From Utricularia gibba (taxonomy: Eukaryota > Plantae > Magnoliophyta), in NCBI GenBank assembly GCA_002189035.1, contig NEEC01000014.1, positions 558,001 to 622,000 of the forward strand: a stretch of 64,000 nt of DNA, given 5' to 3'. The notes below the pieces were generated by a model. It was not told the DNA's origin. It searched no databases and saw only the letters and a list, made by a program, of their open reading frames with translations. Below, in pieces: positions 52,301 through 64,000 of the stretch (its first letter is position 1; each line of letters begins with the position of its first letter). The position numbers and the translations under genes are program-made.

Positions 52301-55300
52301 TGCATTGTGCCCTTCTGTTTATCCAGAAAGCATCCTCATCTACGTGGTCCATTCCATTGCTCACCATCCTCTGTTTCCCAATATCGATGATGAATGCAAA
52401 GATGTCAAAAGATATGAACCTATCTACAGGTACTTGGAGATTAATGATTTGCTAGTGTGCTTATTTTATTATCAGTTTCTGTTAAATGATTGCCTATTTT
52501 CTTTTACAATGTTATCAGTCTCCGTTCTTGCATAGCTTTCTGAAGTCAACATAGGCTTCTGTACTGAAAAGCCATCTCTGTTCAATGTCTAACAACTAAA
52601 AGGTTGTTTTGGGTTCTTGTGGTTTATTATACTATATACAACTGATGTGCACTTATCGCTTTAGGCAATTGTACACCTTCCTGTCTTTGCTGCTGCATGT
52701 GGATGGAGCAGGGAAAACCAGTCTCTCCAGTAGGAAGGACAAGGAGAGCATTTCAGTATTAGACTCGATCTTTTTATCTATCAAGCGTTCAGAAGATGCC
52801 TTTGATACTGCCAAGTCAAAGGTCACCATCATGATCCGAAATTTCTCTTGTTGTTTTCCCCTCTTTTAGTAGAAAATTGGTGCTTTAAAGTTTCATATAA
52901 GAGTATCAGTAGAAAATTAAGGTCGTTGCTGTCTTTGATGTCATCTAAATGTTCTTGATCACAGAATTCATATGCTCTCTGCGATCTTGGAATGGCAATT
53001 CTTAAGCGTTTTGCCCCAGTCCAAGGTGAGGTTCAAAACTCAAGTGTCTCCTTGAAGTTGCCTCCCATGCATTACAGAGAGGTTTGTCAGCAACAAGAAA
53101 ACCATCCACAGGTACATATTTTTTAATTTCCTAGTCTGCTCTGTGGTCATTCTGATTTTATGTGGCAGTGGCCTAACCTTTTGAATTATAATGAACATTT
53201 CTGTGCTTTCAAGCCGGCATCATCTATTTCAATGCATTCTCTAGCTGCTGTAAAAACGAACTCTCAGCCTAGTCTCTAGTGAGCTTTCAACTGCCATATA
53301 TCTCAGCAATTTCAGTTTATTGTACATGAAAATGGGAAGCCTTGTTCACCCTTTTAGTTTATATTACTCCATTAGATTGCACTTGATGAAAATTTTTCCT
53401 TGAACCTCGGAGATATTTTTGGGGTGTCATGATTGTCCTTGATTTCAAATGGAATACAATTCTTACTTTGACACTAGGTTGATGGCGAAAGGACCTGGCT
53501 GGCAAATGAGGATGTGCTGGCTCAGTTTGAATCCATTGAAACTAAACATAATGCAATAGTAAGGCCCTTTTGAAATTTTTGCATACCTTTTTCCAATTTT
53601 TTTCAATGTGAGAATGATTAACTGAATTGTACTTTATCAGCTTCAGGTTGGTTCAGAAATTTCAGAGGACAACAAAACAAAGGGTAGTGAAACCGAGGTT
53701 AGTGAAATGCCCTTAGGAGAGTTGATGAAACATTTGAAAGCAAAGGCTATAAAGAAGAAGAAAGGAGCTAAGAATGAGGCAAAAACTGCTCAAGTAGATG
53801 ATGGTAAGGAGGAGATTGACGTCCTGAGAATGGTTAAAGAAATCACTCATGATATCAGCATTCCCAGCAAGTTTCAGTGGAGCAATGGCCATCGGAATCC
53901 TCGGAAAAGAAATAGCATGGAGTTTCATAAAAATGAAAATTTGAAAAATGATTCAAAGGAAACTCCTTTGCGAAAACGTAGTAGGAAAGGGGTGAAAGCT
54001 GTTAAATGTTCCTCTGCTCCTGTTTCCAAGGGTTCAAAGGCGAATATAGAGGTGCCTAAGGAAAATTCAGTTTTTGACTATGATGGATCTGACGAGGAGC
54101 CACAGCCTGCTCCTGAAGATCAAAAGGTTGATGGGGAAACTCCAGAGACGTTAGAATCTGAATTGCTATTTTCACGCATTAGAAAGAAACTTGGCTCCTC
54201 TAAGTTGAAGGGAAAACGTGCTAGTCAAGATCATGGCGATGCCAAGAGTTCACCAGAAGCTAAGGTGATATCTTTAAAAAAAAAAATGGAAAAATATGTA
54301 TTACGTTTCCTCCCGCTCATAACCTTGTGCTCTCTGCAGAAACCAAAGAAAATCTCAAATTCTGGTAGTGGAAGCCTTGCGAGTCGTTCTGACCCAGGTT
54401 CCATGAAAAAGGGAAGTTCAAAAGTTACTGGACTAGAGAAGGTCGGCGTGATTCATCTAGAACTTGTTATACTTGAAAATATCGTATGTTGATTGTTTTC
54501 TTGCATATAGTAGCGTTGCTTCCCAACATAAGAATTGGTACTTTACAGAGAATGGACAAATTATGTAGGCTTATAAACTTTTCCTGATATATATTTGAGG
54601 GTTAAAATATTTAGATAACATGGAAATTATGTCCAAATGATCTCCATTTATCTCTCTTAACCCAAGGGATTGCATCATCTTCTGTTAGATTTTGCTGACT
54701 TGAAGGATTTTCTGAAATATCATGGTTTCTCATGTATCTCAGTTAAAGTTCATTCGCTGAAATAAATATATTCCCTATTTTTCCCGTCCTTAGTGCACAA
54801 CCAAGGACAATGGCAGACCTTCAGAAGACATAGTAGGTCGCAAAATACAAGTATGGTGGCCTATGGATGAGAGGTAGATTCTTTTTGACATTATTCACTA
54901 CATATGACAACATTAGTGTCTAACTATATAGATAAACAATTTAGCATAAACATGATATTCCTGTCGCACATCTCCTGGCACTCTGCTTGATCATAGAAAT
55001 GTAGCACTTACAGTAAATGCTGATTTCCTTTCTAATACAGGTATTATGAAGGGATTGTGAAATCATTTGATGCCGAAAAGAAGAAGCATGTGGTATGCTA
55101 AATTACATCTCCTATTTTCAGACATTCTCCCATGTAGATCTTGTATTCTAATTTACTATGCTTCCGTGGTTTGCTTAAAGATATTATATAATGATGGCGA
55201 TGTGGAAGTCCTTCGACTAGATAAAGAACTTTGGAAGCTTGTTGGCGAAAAGTCGAAGCCCAAGGTTACCTCAATCCTTTTTTGTGTGTGTGTGTGTGTT

Positions 55301-56538
55301 GCGAATGCTGCTGATTATTTTTAAAAATAAAAATATGAATAAGAGATGATGGATTTTTTATGCTATTTCAGCAAGCGCGTGCACCAGGAGGTGTTCATCA
55401 CAGTGAAGGGTAAGTCGTCTTGCCTGTTTCCTTGCCCATTTTGTCCATTCTTCTCCCTTTCTTTTTAATTGATGAACTTGTGCCATTGATGTTGGTGGGG
55501 TTAGTACTTGAAATGCCTCCTCATTTGTGTTGCTTGCAGATCATCTGATCAGAAAAGGGGTTCAACTGGTAGCTCCAAACAAAGTAAGAAGGCAAAGGAA
55601 ATGTGAGTTTTGCTGTTCTCCACCTCTGCAACATATGAATTGGAAAACTATATACGCACACACCTGCCAATACACTCACGAGAATCATGCCTGAACCTGC
55701 ATCTGCACCATACAATTGATTCGTCTTCCCTTTTTTCCTATACTCACAATGTCATTCTAGAGACCTTTTCACACATTATCGGAAACTTCTCTACTCTTGA
55801 GTCGTGCGTGAATTCAAATACGCGTTTCCATTTTTATAAATAATTCTGGTCAATGTATTTGCTTGAAGAGCTTCATCTCAAGTGAAAGGGAAGAGGACTC
55901 CGCGCAAGGGTACAAATGAGGCTGAAGACAAGGTTAAAAAATTGAAGGGAAGTGATGAAATCCCAGATGCTGCAACTTCCATGTCTTTGGATGATGGTAC
56001 TGATCCAGGTGAATAATTATATTGTTTAGGCTGTGTTCTTTGATATCAGGGGATTCTGTAACACCCGAATGTGGGGGATCAATTATAATCTTTCATCTGC
56101 TGATCTTCCCTTAGCATCTTCTGGAATTGCAGAGAACCAAAACAAGGAAGAGGTACTCACAGAGAAAGGTGCGGACCAAGTATCAAGCGAAACAGCAGAG
56201 AAAGAAGACAATTCTGAAAACATGGAGACCAATGACAACATTGACGCCCCTGGATCAGATAAGGTGGTTTCTATTCCTGACAAGAAGCCAAAAGTCGCTA
56301 AGGTGGAAGAAGCAGGGCAAGAGTTTGATGAAAGTTGCGAGCCAAAAGCTTCCTCCATTTCTGATATAGCACCAGAGAATCCTAATGCTTCTGCCAAACA
56401 GGAGCTTTCCGATGACGAGCCTCTAGTACACAACTGAACCTTGACTCCATTTTAATCCCTAATGGCCAAGCCCACAAGCTGATAATCTGTTTCCTGCATA
56501 TGCAGAGCCTTTGGAAGCAACGCTCCACCAAAAAATGA
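46331..56538 (+). CDS. PDS5A: Sister chromatid cohesion protein PDS5 homolog A (HEAT repeats plus Tudor domain), many exons; apparent frameshifts at 46383-46388 and 50789-50792
   Basis: LKELGSKL, CEITRITAPEAPYDD, LETLARYRSCVMMLDLECDDL, ERICIEGSRRQAKYAVHALA, KTLVKSYLPVKDAH; Tudor VGRKIQVWWPMD..YYEGIVKSFD..ILYNDGDVEVLRL; ends SDDEPL|SLWKQRSTKK*. Confidence 0.93.
55283..55298. repeat. (TG)8 microsatellite in a PDS5 intron
   Basis: Read directly from the sequence. Confidence 0.9.
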
Positions 56539-57170
56539 AGATATTTATCGTGAGTGAACTCAGTTATCCAGTCGCTGCTGCAACAGATGTTGGTGATGGT
56601 TTCAATGCATCCTGTTGGCTAAAGCATTCAACTGCTGCAAATCATAGAAGTAGCAAAGTAGGCTGCGACTGACCTTTTTCTCTGCTTCCTCTCAAGATTT
56701 AGTATTCTGCTAGATTTAATGTGTTGAGAACTCCGTTTGTTTGCTTACCATGTCTGTGTATCAAAATCAAAAGCTGCCGAAACCCTATACCCATGTATCG
56801 GTATCATGTATCAATCAATGCTCATGTAGTCTCTCCACTTTTACGCTGAGTACCTGTATTTTGAGTGTTTCTTCGAGCATGTACTACTGCAGGTCTCTAG
56901 TTTCTACTGAGTTGCCGCAGATGTTGGAAATAAAACAAGAGAAATGGGCACCGGTTCTGTCTTGCATATGCTTACACTGCAGGTGGTTTTTTAAATACTT
57001 TAGGATGCTTATTGCTTATGTATTACACAACACAAAGCCTCGTTCTTACGGCTTGTCCCCAAATATGACTGCCTGCTACTTAGACAAGCTTCATACTGCT
57101 ACATTTGAGGGGTTTTGCACCTCATAACAAAAAAGATGAGGAACTGGCATGAGCCATCATTGACTGTCAG

Positions 57171-59112
57171 TCAAGCCCTGCTCGAGTCTGAAACCTCTAT
57201 GTCTTTAAATTTTCCCAACTGAGATTCTAACGCCTTGGCAATATCTTCTTCATCTGCACCTTCAGGCAGAGTTACATGAACCGAACCTTCTCTGTCTAGT
57301 GCAGTAACTGAGGATTGCTGCTTCATGTAATTGTACAACTGCTGGTGAAATGGATGGTCCAGAGAAAAGCAATTCTCAGATGTTTTCTGTGGGCTCAACG
57401 ACCGGTTGCGACAAAAATGTGGAAGCGACGAGTAATCCATTATCTGCAAGAACGACACATTATACACACTTCTCTCTAACTCAACAGCAAGGGAACACTA
57501 CCTTCATCAGTTCATCCTCTCCACAACCAGACAGTACTTTGATCTTTCTTCTTGTTCTCTCTTGAAGGAGAGGCTTCACAACCTGATAAATGCTTCATCA
57601 GTATCATATGGAAAAAAATTCACAAACAGGTTGAATGACAAGAAACAGACCCTCCAACATGCTGAGAAGACATAAGGAGCATTCACAATGTAGTATGTTT
57701 GTGTTATTTCTGGGTAGTTCAGATCATCGATGGACGATATCGCCGTCATAATCTGAAGACAGAAGAGAGGATGAGAATACTTGGAATGTTAAAAAGAGCA
57801 AGTAGATAAAATATAGCAACTTTGTAAGCACCTTTATATTATTCAAGGAGGAAAGTTTCAAGCCAGTCATATCTAGAATCTTTATGCATTTATGAATGTG
57901 CCTTCCCTGCTTTTTTGTTGCTCCGGGCTGAAAATCAGTTTCCCAAGTTAGATGGTAACCAGATGTGCACAAGAAACATGAATGATGAAGCTCACCAAAA
58001 TCAAGCGATCCCGGTACTCATTCATCTGGATATGGGACTGGATATAGTAGTGAACCTAAATCAAGAAATCAGAACTCCATTAAAACTGAAGAACCTACAA
58101 GAAACTTGAAGATGCTGAAACACAGGTGCTCAAATGATTGAGGGCCGTGCTTACAGATGCTTTGTCGAATGAACTCAAACCGACTCCAATGGCGAAGACA
58201 GGAAGACCCTATCGATTGAAAGAAGCTGATTTGACGTTAGATGATAAGGATATTTCAAAGAACGCAGTAACAGGGAACTTTTTTCCTTGGCTCTGCACCA
58301 AGAACAGACCTCGTGTGTGTAACCAGAGAGTCCTATGAGATGAGAATCACGTATATCCCTGTAGAGTTCTCGAGGAACAATAGGCTTCTGCACGAAGAAG
58401 AAGCATCCATGAAGGATCTTGAATTACATTGATGCAATAAAATAGCTACTTACAGCTAGAATTTCGTCAATCTCATTTTCAACTCTCCACTTCAAGCAAT
58501 CAACCAACTGAAAAAATGCACATTTCAGAGCCTAGACAATCGAAATAATAAGAAAAAAAGATCAATCCGACTGACCATCTTGTGAGCCTTCACAACACTT
58601 CCTTCTCTCGCCTTCAGAAATCGTGTCAAGGTTTCATGTGGATATCCTTGGTGAACATTCTGAACATGAAAATGCAGAGACGTAAGGCGAAAACAAGAGA
58701 TCGCGTGGGAAGAACGTACGGAACCAAGAAATGTCAAATTCATACAACGCATGATCAGCTCCACAAACAAGAACAAGCATAGATTCTGTTCTTCATTTAA
58801 CTTAAAAAAGCTGATTTAACAATAAAAAAATATATTCAACTCCAAAAAACGACTAGTAAACAGAACTAAAAGTCAAGATCTTGCACATTCTCCTGCTTGT
58901 TCCTAAGCAGATCCAAGATATCAGAATTCAGCTACAAACCTGGAAAGTCTTCCTGAGTGATTCATCAACTGTCAAAAAAAACAAACCCACAAACAGCAAG
59001 AGTAAGCAGTGATCCACCCCATAAACAGAAAGACAAAAAAACCAAAGAGATCAGCACCTTCCTCCATCAAAGTTTCAAATTGAAAGATGGGTTCTCGTGG
59101 AACCACAGCCAT
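57171..59112 (-). CDS. SEC14: SEC14-like CRAL-TRIO phosphatidylinositol transfer protein, multi-exon
   Basis: MAVVPREPIFQFETLMEE|VDESLRKTFQ|NVHQGYPHETLTRFLKAREG; VHYYIQSHIQMNEYRDR; ILDMTGLKLS; DDLNYPE; VKPLLQERT; IMDYSSLPHFC..CFSLDHPFHQQLYNY. Confidence 0.94.
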
Positions 59113-60186
59113 TCGAGAAAGTTGAGGAGCAGCTTCCCCCCAAATTCACTTGTTGGTAAAAAGGAATGGGGGCGTTATGAGGATGAAAAACAAAGCTGAG
59201 ATGAGAAAGAGACAGGCGCACCCGAATGGGGGACTCCCAACTTTATTACTAGGAAGCAAGAAAACAAGAGAAGCGTCTCATCCCTCATGGACCTGGATTT
59301 GATGAAACAAAGTCGCCTGCTATCCCGGTTATTTAAATATATATCCATATTTTTTTGTTAACTCCATTTTCCCTCCTTTCATATAAAAAAAACCCAAATT
59401 AAAATAAATATTTCTAACCCTTTTTTAAAATTACACAATATGAATTATACCATTTTTTTATTACAATCGAATTTGAATTTGAATTCTATGATTCAACCAT
59501 TTTGAATTACTAGCAGTAAGTCTATTCAACCCACTTGATTCATTTATGCTTTAAATTTAATATTAAACCAATAAAATATTTTTTATTATTTGACAAAATT
59601 ATCTGGTTTAGACACATAATATTCATGATTTTATATTTTTCTTTTTTAAAAAAATATTTCGTACAACATTAAAAAGATACTTTTATTTCAACACGTTTAT
59701 TACGCTATCTATAAAGAGTGCGAGATAATGTAATCATGACATCAATAATAAGAAAATAGAATGAATTATTTTTCAAGATTATTTTAATTGTATTTAAGAT
59801 AGTATAGAAAATTTATATTTTATAATTATTCAATAAAAAATTCGATCGATAAAATTAGAATATCGATTAGGATATGGTCTTGAATCGATTTTGAATATAC
59901 TTATTCTTTTTTGGACTTGTTTTGAATTCAATCCCATCCATTTCCACTCACCTATTTTCTTTCTTTTTTTAAATAAAAATAAAAATGGTGAGAATATTCC
60001 GCAACACGTCATATCCCACTCCTCCCCTTCTTTCAAGCAAGTGGCACTGGAGGAGCTGTCAACCTAATCATTTCAGAATTGTGTTGTAAATTTAATATTT
60101 AAATAAATAATATATTTATAATAATTTGGTAAAATAATGAAAATTAGAGCGAATAGTATATAGTTAGTTTTTAAATGTCAACCAAA

Positions 60187-60246
60187 TGGGCCACAAGTTG
60201 GGCCCTAGTGCTGGGCCCATAAAGTTTTGTCGCGGATAGCGGCCCA
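60187..60246. promoter_or_regulatory. Site II cluster between the divergent SEC14 and CBL genes
   Basis: TGGGCC at 60187, 60199 and 60212 (palindromic TGGGCCCA) and GGCCCA at 60241. Confidence 0.55.
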
Positions 60247-61006
60247 ATGGAATCAACAGCCTTTTGAATTAATTAGACTACGTTTGTTAAATTGGGTATA
60301 AATTAAAATGATTTATATTATTATTGTTTAATCAATTTTTAGAATAATGGTTTGTTCGAAATTATGTGTTATTCAGAAATGTTTACAAATAAGTATTTAT
60401 CAGTAAATATTATGAATTGTATAATATATACTTATTGTGTTTTACACATTTAGGTTTAATAGGTTTTGAAATGCATTTAGGACTGGGCGACGTCGTATCA
60501 TCCGCTTAAATTGCTGAAGTTGCGTCATCTATATTCCTCTGCGCTTCCCTGGAAATCGCAACAGTATTGCTTATATATTATTTACACGATCGCATCGATC
60601 TCTTGATCGCCGTTCTCTCTCGCTCTGAGTTATTGCTCAAGGGAGGAAAGAAACCCCACGTTACGATTTCGATCAATTTCGATAAAGTTGCGGTCTTTGG
60701 CGGGGGAAGGGAATCTTTTGGCAAGATGATCGCGGGTTATTTGATTGCTGAAACTCCATTATTGTTTTTGTAGGTAAAGCGGTATCTCTTGTGTTGGGCG
60801 TTGATGATATGCTGTCCGATAATTGGCATTCGCTTGCTTTTTCTGATTGCTGCCTTTCGTGTTTCAGTTTCGGTTGTTGCGTTCATTACTTGTTGGTTGG
60901 TGCGGAAATTTCTTTTGAATCCCCAGTTCGGGAAGTTTTCTTTGCAGATTACACGGTGTTCTTTTTGTCCTGCAGGAATGGAGGGTTTTGACTGCATGAA
61001 ACGATC

Positions 61007-62648
61007 ATGGTTCAGTTCCTTGATGCATTGAAGGATCTGCTGTGGGAAATTCTAAACTGCTGTGAATCTGGGATCAATAAGCGGCCTCGGGACTGATAAA
61101 GCCTGAAGTGTTAGCAAGAGAAACAGTGTGTGAGTTTAGGCGTATTTTCTGCAACTGAGTTGTCAATTCCAATTTTACAAATTTCTGGTTTTGCGAAGCT
61201 CTTCAATCCTCCCTTTACAAATAGTAAAACAAAAAAAGTGGAGCGCCAACTTGGGAAGTTTTTATCATTAGAAAATGCTCAAAGAATGAGTTTTGTGTTA
61301 AAGATTTCGGCAAAGTGAACTTGACATTTATAGGAAGTTTTTTTATCAAACTAAGGATTGTGATGGTATCTGTTGCTTCCTTGTCTGCCACAGGGTTACA
61401 TTTAGGGTAAACCCAATGAAACATTTTATTCAGTGACTCGAGCATCTGATAACTCTTAAGTCTATATTTGCAGTCAGTGTCAGCGAAATCGAAGCCTTAT
61501 ATGAATTATTCAAGAAGATCAGCAGTGCAGTTGTTGACGATGGATATATCAACAAGGTAGCTCTTTTTTTCCTCACTTATTTTTATAGTTCTATAAAGTG
61601 TACACTTTTCATCATCATGTTCATTGTATGTATTTATATGCCGCCAGGAGGAGTTCCAGCTTGCACTGTTCAAGTCAAATAAGAAGGAAAGCCTGTTTGC
61701 CGATAGGGTAAGTTCCAGGATTGCTTTGCATAAATTAGCTAACCCCACTCCTCCATTCCACTATTGAATTGCCATATTACTATTTTTCTTTTTTGGATTG
61801 AAGGTATTTGACCTGTTTGATGTAAAGCATAATGGGATGCTGGAATTTGAAGAGTTTGCTCGGGCACTTTCAGTCTTTCACCCGAATGCTACAATGGAGG
61901 ACAAGATAGAATGTAAGTATACTTTCTCATGGTTATATCCAAAACTTCTACTTGTTGATGTCAAATTCTGTCTCCGCAGTTTCATTTCAGTTGTATGATC
62001 TCAAGCATCAAGGTTTCATTGAACGTCAAGAGGTAATACATAATGCATTGAAACTGTGCTTTATTTCCATTGAAACTTCACACCGAGAGATCATACATAA
62101 TGCACGCCACTCGGTACTCTCAGGTCAAGCAAATGGTTGTAGCAACTCTGGCTGAATCTGGAATGAACCTTTCAGATGATGTAATAGAGATCATTATCGA
62201 CAAGGTACTAATGAGCTCCTGAGAAGCTTTTCCATCCCACAGTATCCTCAAAACAACAAGCTCCTGATCATTTGATTCCCTTTCTCTCTACCCAATTTCA
62301 GACTTTCGAGGAAGCAGACACCAAACATGATGGTAGGATTGATAAAGAAGAGTGGAGGAGTCTGGTGATGCGGCATCCCTCTCTTCTGAAAAACATGACC
62401 CTTCAGTACCTCAAGTAAGCAAGCTTCCATCCTTCTTCGCTTAGATGGTGCAGACTAGTAAACGATACACAACTCAGCGGTTCTCATAGGAAACTAGACA
62501 TGTCTCTGTTGATACCGATGCTGTTTTCGCCATGTTCCGGGTTCATTATTCGATTCTGGAGCATGCATCATAACCCCTTTTGTTGGACAGGGACATCACC
62601 ACCGCATTCCCCAGCTTTGTATTCCATTCTCAAGTAGACGACACATGA
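61007..62648 (+). CDS. CBL3: Calcineurin B-like calcium sensor, CBL2/CBL3 (tonoplast) type, 8 exons; apparent frameshift at 61089-61091
   Basis: LARETV|[27 protein letters not shown]|EEFQLALFK; FDVKHNG; FSFQLYDLK; [11 protein letters not shown]; [12 protein letters not shown]|[18 protein letters not shown]. The extended Cys-containing N-terminus is typical of CBL2/3. Confidence 0.93.
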
Positions 62649-63302
62649 GCAGCAGCTCTCCACAACCGGGCTCCTGGTTCCATGTTGCTCTGTGGGAAGC
62701 GCCAAGGCGTTATATATATTTTTTGTTTGCTGTGTTCACTTTGGCAAGATGCTTCTTTTCTCTATGGTTTCTTGAACAAGATGACTGATGGAATTTCATA
62801 ATTTTTTCTTCTTGCTCTCTGTAAACTTGTTCCATTGCTACATGCTTCAGTTTTAATTTCTTCATAACCATTCAAACCACACCAATTTCACTAGTTTTAA
62901 TGTAAAATATATTTTTTTATCATATATATTAATTTTAATTTATGATACATAGCAAGGATAAGTAATATACTCATTTTTCCTTCACATTATTGTCAAATAT
63001 GATTTACCTCTCAAAAAAATTGTAATTTTTATAAAAATGTAAATTATTATAAAATGATGATTTCCTTATATTTCTAATTCCATTTATCATTTATATTTTT
63101 AATTGTTATCTAATGTTGTAAATGGAAAAATAATTTATTTGAGAAGCTTAATAAAGAAGTGATTTGCCGTGCTTCGCTGGAGACATCTCCAGCTGGCTTT
63201 AAATTGGAGATTCTTCCCCCGAATACGGAACGCGTGGTAGTCTCTCTCTTTCGGTCTTCCGGAACGATCTTCAGATTTCTCTCCCTCAGATTCGCGGGTC
63301 CG

Positions 63303-64000
<698 letters not shown>

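Overview
Eukaryotic plant (eudicot-type) nuclear DNA from a very compact genome. I can reconstruct 16 intron-containing protein genes plus one single-exon gene in 64 kb, with introns mostly about 80-120 nt and short AT-rich spacers; a small-genome lineage such as Lentibulariaceae is a guess only. Gene order: small 'YDPxSYxLNFD' protein (+), SNF2-RING helicase (+), FBS/SKIP27-type F-box (+), VAP4-type MSP protein (-), ENT3-type nucleoside transporter (-), HHO/HRS1-family GARP factor (+), PsbQ (-), RIC/CRIB effector (+), HD-ZIP IV of ML1/PDF2 type (+), PPR relic (-), CDPK (+), MIR171 hairpin (-), ANKRD13-like ankyrin protein (-), fibrillin FBN1 (-), MPC2-type pyruvate carrier (+), PDS5A (+), SEC14-like (-), CBL2/3-type (+) and the 5' part of RabB1 (+). 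No tRNA, rRNA, CRISPR array or transposase/LTR coding sequence was recognised. The main signals the ORF track does not explain are: (1) a MIR171b/c precursor with a candidate leader micropeptide; (2) four frameshifts in three conserved genes, each a single base missing from a G or C run, most likely an assembly consensus error; (3) two promoter-led, spliced-looking regions with no long ORF (31.6-33.3 kb and 21.4-22.45 kb); (4) a decayed PPR fragment; (5) probable autoregulatory motif clusters upstream of two transcription factors. I found no convincing wholly new biological system; the orphan non-coding units are the best leads. Exon boundaries were read by eye from GT-AG sites and family protein motifs, and Arabidopsis locus relationships are recalled from memory and need checking.
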